A stretch of 55,618 nucleotides of DNA, filler included, from Platydemus manokwari (Eukaryota): the NCBI GenBank assembly GCA_037951405.1. It is 5 parts of 5 records of this genome, joined end to end, with 100 filler letters (N's around TTAATTAATTAA, not from the genome) between each part and the next. Parts side by side here need not be neighbours in the genome. Positions count along the whole stretch, not along the records: positions 11,021 to 23,333 come from JBBMOY010194450.1; positions 23,434 to 34,864 come from JBBMOY010676652.1; 3 more parts are not named here. One strand, given 5' to 3'. A program made the translations under genes and the position numbers. How positions within the stretch are numbered: the first letter of the stretch is position 1; the number at the start of each line of letters is the position of its first letter. The notes beneath the pieces were generated by a model. It was not told the origin of the DNA and did not search any database. It saw only the letters and a list, made by a program, of their open reading frames with translations. Below, in pieces: positions 11,021 to 23,519 of the stretch.

Positions 11021-12138
11021 CCTTTAAAATTATAAATCGAAATAATAATAATAATAATAAATCGAAATAATAGATTTTAATGAAGAAGAAATATCATTAC
11101 ATCTGTGTCTTGAACATGTTCTTTTTATTTTTCGTTATTATAATGAATTTATAACCCCCTTGAGATAAGTGATCTCAATGGGTATTAATAAGTAAATCTA
11201 CAAATCAATTAACTATGTATGTTTTATATTGATCAGATAATTGCTTAAAATTGGATTGTAATATTGATAAGATATAAATTAAATTAAAATTCACATCAAG
11301 AAATTTTGTAAACTGCGGACTCTGTGATATTAGGGACCAATCCTCGCAACGGACTCTAAATTTTAAGTCATACTTGTATGACTTTTTGGATTTATTTTGT
11401 TTATAAATAAATATTGGGTTTTTTTATTTTTTTTAAATGTGAAATTGATAAACTATTTATTCAATTAAAAGCTTTAGTGAATAACACGCTAGCTGTGGAA
11501 GAAATCATAAATGAAAAAGAAATTATTAAAGAATAAAAAATTAAAAATAAAAAAGGAAATAATGTAAATTAAAAAATAAAAAATTAAAAGTTTAGAGAGT
11601 TGAAAGAATAACATAAAGAAGAGTTAAAAAAAATAAATATGAAATATTTAATATAAAAAATATACGAAGTACCTCAGGGCTAAAATTTATGTCTTTAATG
11701 TAAAATTGCGTTTGTTGAATTCCTGAAGTTTTTATTTATTCTTAATTTTCAACTTTAGAACAATAATATTTCGATCTTATAGCAATCCGATATGCTAAAA
11801 TTTTACCATAGAATTCATCTTTAAATATTTCTGGAATTTTAATTATCGTATTATATAAATAATGATGTTTATTATAATCCGAAAAGTCAAATTCCTTTTT
11901 AATGTTTCATCTTTACTTATATATTCATAAATATGTTATGTTTTAATGTTTGGTATTTATGAATCTGTGTCCTTATACAAAACTACTATTTTCTTTTAAT
12001 TAGTTTACAAACATAATAAAATTTATGCATTAATAATTTATTAAAATCTATGTAAGATGTGTATATATATGCGTGTATGTGTTTAAATACATTTGCATAA
12101 CTTTTTAATTAGTAAATATTAATATTTTACTATTTCTC

Positions 12139-12434
12139 ATGGTGTCACAAACAGATTTAGAAATAGCTCGATTAATTTTCAAGAAACCAGTTATTTTTCA
12201 TAGTGAAAATGTGGAAAATTTTTTTCATCAGTTGACGAAAAATTGAGAAGCAAATTTATATTAAATTATGTAGATCCTCGTCTAATAAAATCCGAATTAA
12301 GTTACATAGGTGAGTTATCTTCAATTAAGAAAATTCTTGCGGATATTTGGTTGCCAATTGGAAATAATAATTATTATTTATTTGACTTTAATGTAAATTC
12401 AAAATTATCATTACATGCTAAATTATCATTTTAA
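12139..12434 (+). mobile_element. Possible gag N-terminal relic (frameshifted)
   Basis: MVSQTDLEIARLIFKKPVIFHSENVENFFHQL followed, after a frameshift, by DEKLRSKFILNYVDP. Resembles retrotransposon Gag N-termini by eye only. Confidence 0.3.
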
Positions 12435-12962
12435 TTAATGAATCATCAAACCTATTATTAAAATCAAAATTACCACTACTATTATTTTTCATCAACAAAA
12501 ATATTATTATTTCTATTTCCTTTTCATAGCCCTAATTTAAACTTCCATCAACGACTGTACAATGAAGAAGAGGAAAATAAAATATTAAATTAATATTAAA
12601 CTGAAATTTTTACAATATAAAAATTGACTACTTTTTTATAACGATATCATAAGAATTCATGCAAAAGTAATTGTCATAAAATGCAATTTCGTCATAACAC
12701 TAACAAATTACTTAGCACATAAATTATAAAGGTTCGAAATTTATAGGTTTAAAGAATATTTGTCCTTTATTTCGAGTAACTGAAACAAATAAATTGCATG
12801 TTCGTACAAAATATCTTTGAACAATGGAATGCACATAGAAACAATGGGTGTGGTCAAATTAAGTACATAGAAAGAGAGAGATAATTTTTTATTTTCACCA
12901 TTCAGCAAGAAGCTTTTGAACAGTAACGTATTTGTTAGTAATATAGTTGACCCTGGAACAAG

Positions 12963-13123
12963 TGTAGCTATATGGAAGTAAAGTATTTTGTAGAGGTATT
13001 ATCGTATTATCAGTGAGCTAATTGGTAAAGGCAAGCTAAAGTTGTAGTTGTATGGAAGTAAAGTATTTTGTAGAGGTATTATATGTATTATCAGTGAGCT
13101 AATTGGTAAAGGCAAGCTAAAGT
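12963..13123. repeat. Tandem duplication of an ~80-bp unit
   Basis: TATGGAAGTAAAGTATTTTGTAGAGGTATTAT...GGTAAAGGCAAGCTAAAGT present at 12963-13042 and 13043-13123, nearly identical. Confidence 0.92.
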
Positions 13124-15326
13124 AATAAGAAAAAGTATGTTGACTTGGTTCTCGTTTAAAAAACTTAACCCTATCGAAACCTGTGTCTTGGTATCATTAA
13201 CATTTGATGTAAAATGTAATTAAAATATATCTTACTAAGAAAGACGTATTTGTTCTTAATTAGTGTTAACGAAAATTAGAGTAGGCAGCAGCTTGGGTAA
13301 TCAGAACCGAGCAGTTCTAAGCTAAACATTTTAAACACATCAAAGATGTTACAATCCTAATAATGAATTGATTATAAAAGTTACTGTTAGGAGCAGCTAC
13401 TTTGCTTGAAATTGGTGATTCAACAAAAGAAGTCATTATTACGATTTTCTTAACTTTTATTTAATTCCAACAAATAAAAACATTTTTAAACAAATTTAAA
13501 TTCCTTTTAAAAACCTTTTTCTAGAGAGATTTAACTACCAATCTTAACCAGGTATAGTTAAAAATATTTAAATTATTTAATAATTACTTTATATCGAATA
13601 ATTCATTTAAATACTCATTAAATTATTTTAAATTGTAATTAAAAAAAATTATTAAAATTATTATTAGTTAATTTAAATTTTCCTAACAGTTACAAATAAA
13701 TACTAAGTCATTTTACTTCCGTTGAATTACAAGGTCAGAATATTCAATAAATTAAATTAAACCTTTAAATAATTAATAATTTTTGAAGCTTTTTAAAACT
13801 GGGATAACTGATATCCCCTTAACATCTCTTTTGCATATTAATTTCGATTAATGTGCATTGATAAACACAAACTAAAATTACATTTCCAATGCTAAAAGCA
13901 TAAACAATGGTAATCATTTTTTGAAACCAAATATTAACTTATTAATTGTACAACTTAATCCAATTATATTAATTAATAAATTTAAAACAATAAAACTTGG
14001 TGATTACAATTCAAGATAAATTTATTGAAAATAGTACAATAGTTACTTTGATGACTGAAAACTATGTTGCAAAAAATAATATCACCTGTCTTTATAATTC
14101 ACATAATAATATTATCACATAGTTGTTCTGAACTTTATAATGTTATAATATCATTAATTTTGATTCATCTCACTTTATGATAATTCTAAGATTAAAATTG
14201 TCTGACACTAATACTGTATCAGCTTTATAAAACGTTGAATTTGAAAAATAGGTGTTAGTGGAGACTAATCTTTGAAGAATTTGAAGCTTGGTTGTTGAAC
14301 GAGAATTTTAAATTGAAATATTTTTGTAAGATTTATTTTTATATAAAATTATATTTATTTCTTTATATTATTATATTTAAATACATAATTTGGCGTCATG
14401 GGTTTTCAGTTTGTTTTTTAATTCGTGTTTTGTAAAATAGTAGTGGCTAACAGAGGGGAACATGAGAAGTGTAGTATAATTTCTATTTCCTCGATTTATT
14501 ATATCATGCTGTTATTGTTTTTTCGAATAGATTTGATAGAAATGATTTCTGATCATCACTTATTCTAAACCTAGTTTTATCCAATTATGATAGAACTGTA
14601 ATGTGCTCTTTTTTAATGTGCTATTTTTGAAAAACACGAATTGGAATTATTTATTTACTACTTATGAATTCTAATAAACATACTAGCTTATAGGTCATAA
14701 GCTAAAACAAAAAACAAACTGAAAACAAAATAAATAAGCAGATAGGGTTTGTGCGTTAAAATTTAAATTAATTAAGATTCTGCTCCACGTTTATTGGGCG
14801 AGAATACTATGTTCTGTCGAAATTAATGACGAACATTAAAATAATTTCATTATAATTAGTAAAACAAACAAAATATAAAACCAAATATTGGAAACATTAA
14901 ATATAATAACTCGTCAATGATCTCTTTATCGAACGGACAAATCATTGCATTTCTAAACTAGGACAGGTTTAGAAAAATAATGCATCTCTTAACTTGGTTA
15001 AAACAATTGCATAAAATTTCACTTTGAATTATACAATAATTTTTTATAATGATTGGACATGTATTTTAAACCAAACTTAAATAATAAGTAACATTTCATG
15101 ATCAACAAACAAAGATTAAGAAATCTTTCGCAACTGTAATCTAATCATGAAAAATATATTATTCAATAAGATAATATTTAAGAAAACATCATAAAAATGC
15201 CAGCGTAGAGGAAATCACAGCAAACTAATGTGACGATTGTTGGAAAATAATATTATTCATGACCTATGATAGATTAAATCCATTATAATCAATTTAGATA
15301 AGACTTGTAAATTAATAACAATAATT

Positions 15327-16294
15327 TTACACAAGTGATTTCAGCCAATAAAATTTCCCTCCAGCATTATCGTAGAAATAACATTGATTATCATTATCGT
15401 ATGTCATTGAAACGCAATTTTCCATTACTCGACACGCTATTGCACATTCTACTTCAGATTTCACAATCGATTTCTCAAAATATTTCACATTTTTTTGGTA
15501 AATATCGGCTTCGTGATAAATATCTATCAGCATAATAATTATCGATAACAATTTGTACAAAAATTATATTTACAAATCATCGAATTTTCTTTCACAAAAT
15601 CAAATCCGTAAATTTCCATTTCACAAATATTGATTGGATATTCTTTATATGGTTTTGAAACAACAATTGTTCTCGCAACCTGGATTGAAATTCAAATATA
15701 ATCAATATCGGTATTAAATATCACCAGTGTTGTAAAATTGAAGTCGATTGCTTTTTCTTCAGTTGGAAGTGGACCTGGATAATAATGGATAAGATAAAAA
15801 TCTGTTGAGTCTCTTGTAAATGAAGTTCGATTAAAATAACTGGCATGAAATGATAATTTCGCAGTTCGATCTCCTTAACAGACATAATAAAATCTTAATG
15901 TTTAGACATTTAATAATCAAACTGCAACAATCCGTTCGATCATAAATTCGAATTTTCGTGATAACCGACAAAACGTCTAAAACTATCAGCAACCATTTCT
16001 CAGTATTCGCAAACAAACTGTGATAACAAGATCCTAAATATAAAAGTAAATATTTAAATTCGATCATTTTTATTGTCGTTATTTAACCGTGATACATTTC
16101 TCCATCATAATTTCCATCAACTGCTTTTTCAGAAGAAAACATGTGTTGATCAAAATGGACATTGTTTGCAAATGTTGACCGATTAATTGAAATAACATCT
16201 ATAAAAGCATAAATATCCACATAATAGCTAAATAAAATTCACTAATTTGTGCTAAAGAATAAGTCACACAACAAAATAAAATGCTACAATGCAT
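15327..16294 (-). CDS. Secreted F-type lectin (fucolectin/FTP domain) with C-terminal PAN/apple domain; 6 exons, ~241 aa
   Basis: Exons: 16294-16243, 16198-16088, 16033-15923, 15873-15725, 15679-15574, 15523-15327 (726 nt, open frame). Signal-peptide-like MHCSILFCCVTYSLA; Ca-site AVDGN; CYHS...KWL...RTDCCRDR; NICEMEIYG; PAN-like ECAIACRVMENCVSMTYDNDNQCYFY. The start codon is the least certain part. Confidence 0.88.
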
Positions 16295-16849
16295 CAGAAT
16301 TTCGATAAAAAATGAAAAGAGCTAAGGAATACAGATTAACAAAAACTTTGGTATTGATGTAATTAACCAATAAAATTTTTAAACCAATGAATTTCAGATT
16401 AACTTCTTTCGACTTATATTTGATTTCTTCAAATTTTTTTCCAGTAAATGATTTATATTTTTGGGACAAAATTTTGTACGGGAGATCTTTTATTAGTCTT
16501 CATCTGACAAAATGTTTTGTATATTAAAATTGAAATGAATAACAAGAAATTTATTAACTTATATTATGAGTAAAATTGAATGTCACACAAAATAATGATG
16601 TTTCTCACCTTGAAACCCCGATATCAATATGTTCATGCCTACACAGCTAGACAGTCATATAGACATGATAACTGACCAATTAATATTAATATAAAATGAA
16701 TTATCCAATTTGACAAGATTCATAGTCACATGATTGCAAGTAGGCAGTACTTCATTAATTCCGGTATAATAACTTTATGGATTAAAGAATTGATATTTCA
16801 TTACATTTTGGAAAAATTTAGAATCAAATAATTATTGACACCAGCATGT

Positions 16850-18239
16850 TTTAATTCTGTAGATCCTGGTGTAAAGTTGAAAATAAAACCCGATTTACGT
16901 TACACAGGCGAGTTATGCAGAGTTTTTGAATGGCCAAGAAGCTAAATTAAGCCGAATGGTGACAAAAGAAGATACGGTTATAATGAGCCGAAGACCAAAA
17001 TAATAAACCAATATTCGATTGTAAAGTTGAAAATGAGCAAGTAAAGAAAGTGACGTGGAAGATGAACTTAATGTAATAAGCGAAGATTTAGTCAATAGAC
17101 TAATAGAAAATAATGATTTGATCAAAATGAAGAGATCTCTTAACAGGATTAGATGTGGAAATAAATCAATAATAAAACCTTCAGTTTATTTAACAGTTGT
17201 AATTGGCGCAGAAGAATTAAGTCAATATTTTGATGTAGTGCCAGAACTAATCCTAGAATATTTTATTGGAATAAGCTATATTAAGAAAGATGGAATTTCG
17301 GTCTTATCTAGTGAGGATTGCATTAAGATAAAAGGGATTATAATACCTTGTGTTTCGATTAGAATTTGGGTAGATTATAGGAAGCCAAATGTAGCTACTT
17401 CAAGACCAATTTTCTCTATATCTATACATTTTGTAATATACATTGTATACATTTTCCCCATATTATCCACAATCAAATGGGGTAATTGAGAGAACTTTTA
17501 AGACAATGAAAAGCATGATTACAGCATCACTGATGAATCACTCATGCTCGAATGACGTAATAACACACGTTCAATATGGATTGCGGATGTCACCTCATAA
17601 ATCAGTTCAGTCCGGTTCGGTAGAAAACCAGGGCTATTTATTAATGAGACAAGGCCATATAAAAGGAAAAGTATGGAAGAGTTTATTAATCATCATAGGA
17701 AAAATTTTGAAGAAGTACAGAATTATAATAAGAATCAGATTGTGAAGCAGGCCGAATAAACGAGGGAAGTATTACCATGAATTATCAGTTGATGTTATAG
17801 CTATGGTTGAAAATTCGTTTTACAAACCTTTTGGTAAAAGATTTATAGCCTCATTCAAGATTATAGAGAAAATAAATGCATCGACTTATAAGCTCCATAG
17901 TCAGAAGTTGAATGAAATTATTCAACAAAACTATAATCAAATAAAGGAAATCGGAAATAGAAATAATATCTTAAAAGATGATGGAGGAACAGACAATGAT
18001 ACTAGTATAGAAAGTATGAACAAGCAGCATAGCATCATCAACAGAAATGATGACTTTAAAAGGAGATACTACCAAACACTGGCATGATAACGAAGAGGTC
18101 TATCAGAAATAGGATGCCAGAAAGATACCTGAATTACCTAAAAGGAGGAATGTTACATATATATATATATGTGTGTGTGTGTATTTTTGAATAACTTTTG
18201 AATAAACAAATATTAATATCCTACTATTTCTTGATCACA
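16850..18239 (+). mobile_element. Gypsy-type LTR retrotransposon relic (integrase remnant, polypurine tract, short 3' LTR)
   Basis: Integrase motif FSPYYPQSNGVIERTFKTMKSMI (~17450-17520); post-integrase KPFGKRFIASFKIIEK..STYKL; purine tract AAAAGGAGGAA 18140-18150 directly followed by TGTTAC...TCACA (18151-18239), which contains AATAAA. The 5' boundary is approximate. Confidence 0.85.
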
Positions 18240-18339
18240 TTCTAAAATACAAATTGCTAAAGAAATTGGTTTGTATAATTTTAGCTGTTATTTAACATGT
18301 TGTGTTGCAAATATTTCTTTTATAAGTTAGTTTTGTAAT

Positions 18340-19270
18340 GGTTTTTTAGCATTAATAGGATTTATACGCAATTTTAGATTTCACGTCTTCTAATATCTTC
18401 CATTGTTTTAGCAAAGATACTATTATTCATTGATTTTCAAAAGGCCTTTTTCAAAATCATTAATACTGAAAATAAATTATTCACCATGACTAAATTGCGT
18501 GGTAATTACCGTGACATCGTAAAATATAACCTTGGAAAAATATTACGTGACTAATATTTTCTAGAAATTAATAATTCAGATAAACAAATTTTTACTTTTT
18601 TCTAATTTTTTTAATTTCATTGATAAGTTTCGGATATATAATTGTTTCTATTTTAAACTCATCAATGTGATTTATATAACGATTGTATCCATTAGGATAT
18701 TTTTCTGTTGAATGTAAATGAGTTAATATTAAATATAAAAAATAATTACCGTCATAATTTTCAACATTTATTATGTCATTACTTCTTAAAGATAAATGTA
18801 AATAACTATTTCCATATAATGCATTTTTCTTTTGCAATATTTATTCAAATATTTATTTGTAATTCAAATATATTCCATCCACTAACTTTAACAACTAATA
18901 AATCATCACCTACATTCTGTGAAAACTCGCTAATAACATCTAATTTGATTATTCTCAATTTTTGATTTAATATTTATTGTCACACATTCTTCTTTATTTT
19001 AACATTCGATAATAATTATAAAAAATCATTAACAATTATTTGAAATTTAAATTTCAAATATTTACTTAAGAATTCTAAAATTTCATAAGTTTTTTCGGAA
19101 ATATGTGAAATCGTATTTCTAGTTGATTTTATGAATTTTATAAATTTTATAAACATTTGCCATATCAGAATTCACGAAACTTTGTTCTAGAGTCTTTCGT
19201 TCATTACAGAAGACATTAGAATATCTTTTTAAATCATTGTTGAAATTTTAAACCCAACTAGTTTCCAATC
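18340..19270 (-). mobile_element. Polinton/Maverick protein-primed DNA polymerase B relic
   Basis: Minus strand reads VSGWNIFELQINI*INI, then GNSYLHL..IINVENYDGNYFLYLILTHLH..YPNGYNRY..IIYPKLINEIKK (cf. Polinton GSGW..GSSYI.LP..IINIKN.DNKCFLWSILA.LHP). After a deletion come NDFEKG and MNNSIFAKTMEDIRRR at 18383-18461 (cf. PolB motif B KLMNNSVFGKTMENVRKR). Boundaries approximate. Confidence 0.75.
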
Positions 19271-19861
19271 TTATATTACAAATTCAATATTTTAAACTCA
19301 CTTTTTATTATTTTTGTTTAAAATATGGCCTGTAATCATTGTTTTTTGATTAAAACAAGTCTTATTGACACGAAATATCCTAAAATTGGTGCAAAATATC
19401 CTAAAATAAAAACAACAAAATAATTTTCAGAATGTGACGTCAAGGAAGGTCTCCAGATAGTTAAGTTAATTTTTAGTATAAATATCGTTTCTATATGTTA
19501 GTGAAGCCCATTAGAACCATTACAAAAATAATATTCAACCCGCAAATATATTTGATATAACTTTAATCAATAAAATGGTTACAGCTTAAGTTTACCGATC
19601 AATATTGTATGGTTGGCAAATGATTTATTTATTCTTAAGCACATTGATCGAATTTAATATAAAAATTTATTAAAAATTATTTATAATTTCTCAGACGCAT
19701 GATTTGAAAAATATCTTTTGTCTTTTAATGGTATAGCAATTATAAATTCTATGAAGCCGTGAATGATACCGTGGAAATAATGTTAACAATGAATTATAAA
19801 AAATATAGTTTTATCATTACGTCACCAAATAACGTACATTGAATTGGATATAAAAGAATTG

Positions 19862-20527
19862 TCAACCAAGTCGAATACAAATCCCAGCCAAGCTCAGCAG
19901 CTGAATTGCTAGCAATATTGCCGAAACTATTGCAGAGTAATAGATCTCATTGCTTATTATTCCCTTCAATATTTTCCAACATCCAACTTTGAAGTATTTT
20001 TTAAGTAATCCACATTTTTTAATGCTTGATGAGCAGCAAGTAAGTGGTACACCGAGATTATCGTTTTCCCAGTCATCAGGTCCGTTTATCCCGCAACATT
20101 TAAGACCTCGTTGAATAAAATCGATGAATTCCCTTCCAAATCCATTTCTGTAATTCTCCACACTATAAGACACCAGTTGAGATATCGATTCCTCATTCAT
20201 CTTTTCCATTAAAAAACCTTTTATGAAAAGAGATAATTCCATCGATGTAATGAATAGTAAAATGAAAAGCAATGATACCCACTCACGTGCGTTTGGTTTC
20301 GTAATCAGAGTCAAACGAAAATTCAAAACTATCATCATTATCATGACAATTGATAAAATCATAATCGAAATCGGAAGGAAATCAAAAAATATATCAAAAG
20401 GATAATGGTAGTTTGTCTGAATGCCGAGAACTACAATAATAAATATTGTTCCGATCATTGAAGATAAAAATAAAATCGTATAGAGAATACGGCTCTTATA
20501 TGATGTAAAGTAGAAAAATGGAAACAT
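19862..20527 (-). CDS. Tetraspanin (CD63-like, 6-Cys EC2), single coding exon, 221 aa
   Basis: Four hydrophobic segments; large extracellular loop with DFIQRGLKCCG, PDDW, VPLTCC, a further Cys and KVGC. A splice acceptor (TTTTCTTAG) lies 2 nt upstream of the ATG. Confidence 0.93.
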   Translation of the reverse strand: MFPFFYFTSYKSRILYTILFLSSMIGTIFIIVVLGIQTNYHYPFDIFFDFLPISIMILSIVMIMMIVLNFRLTLITKPNAREWVSLLFILLFITSMELSLFIKGFLMEKMNEESISQLVSYSVENYRNGFGREFIDFIQRGLKCCGINGPDDWENDNLGVPLTCCSSSIKKCGLLKKYFKVGCWKILKGIISNEIYYSAIVSAILLAIQLLSLAGICIRLG

Positions 20528-21659
20528 GGCTAAGAAAATGATTAGATTTAGAAAGATTTTTTATTATAGAAATTAAGCTGATATTAAAATCAATGAAGCA
20601 CAATGATATAAATAAAATATCAATAAAATAATACTATTATGGAATGCCTTGAGAGTAGAAATTCAAAAATAGTTGCTAAAAATAACTCTAATATAACAGA
20701 AAATCTTTATTTGAGAATGTGAAATATAATAGCCAGATATTTATTTTTTATGCTTAATTATTTGTATTATTATAACTGCTATTATAATCATTCTTATTAT
20801 CATTCTTAATGTAGTAATATTTTATAATTATAACTATTATTATTGTGGTTTTTAGTAAAATTATTATTATCCTATTATTATTATTGTTTTCATTAATAGG
20901 ATTTAATAAAATTATTTTGATTGTTTTAAACAATTATGATGTTGTTTTGTGTTTTAGATATTATTCTGTTTTATATTTTTAAAAACATTTTTTTGTTTTA
21001 ACATGAACAATGAAAAATTGTCGAAACTTGTTGTTAGGACAGTAAAATATAATGTTGAAAATAATTATTATTTCGTAAAATTATCATAAAAGGATCTGTT
21101 AAAACATTCATCTAAGCTCTAAAATATCTCTCAGAAAACCGTCGCTAATAACAATCACTTACAGTGGTCGAGTAAAAATATCTATAAATCATTCACAGAA
21201 CCTTGTTACAAAACTAATTTATCAACTAATATTCAAATTTGATCATATTCAAGGTTAATAATAATTAGATCTTTTAAACAAAATAACAAAGTTTAAATTA
21301 TTTAAATTTAAATTTTGGATAAATAATTATTGCAGATTCCATTTTATTATTTGTGGTTTTACTATTAAAATTTTCATTATAATGTATTAATATGCTTCGC
21401 ATAGCTAAAAACCCTAGATTGAATAAATATTTTATTTTACACTTTATTAATGTCGTTTTATTGAATTAGTATTATTTTATAGTTCTTTATTGAAAGACAC
21501 ACACATACACAACATATATATATATATAACCATTCGACTGCTTGAAGACCCTATAAATATTTATTGATAATCGGTTCCAAAATATTAAATAGAAACTTAA
21601 TCGTATTTAAGAATTCAACAAATTAATCAGGCGGTGTTAAAATAAATCTAGCAATCAGA

Positions 21660-23230
21660 GATTATCGAATGGAATTCCACAGGAAAATAAACAAGTCAAT
21701 AAAATAAATCAAAATCCTATTACAACTTTGAACCTATGGATTAAATCAGCGAAAAACAGCGATCAATATAAAATGCAAGGCAAATGATAAAGCTGGTCCA
21801 CAAACTGAAAATTAAAGCCACTACAATCAAACTTTCTGGAATTGTCGACGAAAAAATCAATCCGTGCCCTAAAATTATTTACTTTTTGTATATTATATTG
21901 CACTATAATATATTTTTCCGTATCTCGAATTCGGTTTAGTTGTTGAATTGTTTTTATATCGTTGTGCTTTTGATTTAGATAATTTGAAACAGTAATTGGC
22001 AAGAATAACCCACTTTCGTAAATAAAATGTTTGCAAATACACTTATCATCATTTTAAATTTCTGTACTAGTTGCAAAAATTGTCTATTATTAGTAAAAAG
22101 GTTTTATTCAAATTCTATTGATTATACATCAATTGATTTAAAGAGTGTTAGTGTTTATAATAAACTAGACTGCTCATTAAGAGGCATTCATACTATAAGC
22201 GCGGGTTGGATAGTTACCAAACTATAGACCTAGCTCGAGGTGACGGAAAATCATAAATCAGGTTTCATTGAACATGAGGATTTTACACCGAGAATCACAA
22301 AGACAGATTTAAGCTTCTGAGGAAATACATAGAAAGGAGAATAGAAACCAGGACTTGTTGAAACTGCATAAAACCAGGTCCTATGTCACGAAATTGTAAA
22401 GTGCTATACCTGTAATGAAAAGTGCCACATAGCCAGAAATTGCCCAAATTTAATTAGATGTAATAAATTTCATTACCGCTGATATTACGAAAGAAATGTT
22501 ACACCTATTAGAAAACTTAGACCCTACAGGCTAAGATAGCAAGAATGCACCCAACGGAGAAAGGTAAAAACTGTTGAAACAGTAAAGGAAACATTAAAAG
22601 ATGATTCATTGATGTTGTGAAGACGATGAATTACGGGAGTGGAAGACGAGTTGCTGCAGTACACTAAGAAACGATCGAATTAAAGAACGAAAGCTGCTTT
22701 GAGTATGAAAATGCTAAAGTTCTGATTTTAGGAGAGTCTGACGGAGTAATGCACTAAGCAACTATTTCAATCTTGACAAGTAATCACATTGGCATTTATA
22801 ATACAAATAAAGGTAATTGGTAAAATTACACTGGAAGTCGAATCGAGAATGCAATGTCATTTATAGTTGTCACCACAAATTTTAGTCAGCATTGAATTTC
22901 AAGAATATTTGGAATAAAGTTATGTTGGAAAATGAGTTTTATAAATAAAGAAATGGATGAAGAAAAAGCGAGTCATAATTCCCTTTGTGAGATAACAGCT
23001 AAATTTGAAAGAAATACCACTAAAGACAGATTTAAGAAAACTAAAAAGTCTGATATTAAAGGAAGGTTCTTGGTTATATGCGATTATTAATAATAACACT
23101 TATATATTCACAGCAGATCATTGGGATATCGGCTTTAAAAAAAATTACCAAAACAAGAAATTTTACCGAATGCCAGTCCAATAAATATCAAACCGTGGAC
23201 ACAACTAGTGAATTTAGAAGAATTAATAGA
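21660..23230 (+). mobile_element. LTR retrotransposon gag-pol relic with three CCHC zinc knuckles
   Basis: 22356-22500 reads C*NCIKPGPMSRNC, CYTCNEKCHIARNCP and a third degenerate knuckle. RT N-terminal-like PNASPINIKP near 23165-23195. Heavily disrupted; boundaries approximate. Confidence 0.65.
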
Positions 23231-23333
23231 TGTGTTGCGTTTTGGGGTCACTCTCTTTTTTATTGTTGTTTTAATTATTACTCCCCTCTTATTGCTATAA
23301 TCGATTCTAAGACTTAATCAGTACTCTGAGTCC

Positions 23334-23433
23334 NNNNNNNNNNNNNNNNNNNNNNNNNNNNNNNNNNNNNNNNNNNNTTAATTAATTAANNNNNNNNNNN
23401 NNNNNNNNNNNNNNNNNNNNNNNNNNNNNNNNN
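23334..23433. other. Synthetic contig linker
   Basis: 44 N + TTAATTAATTAA + 44 N. Confidence 0.98.
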
Positions 23434-23519
23434 AGATAAATAATAGCAAAACAAATGTATTATAATTTTATGAGATATAAGATAATAGTTAAGATGATGG
23501 ATAGTTGAGTGGGGTTTTG

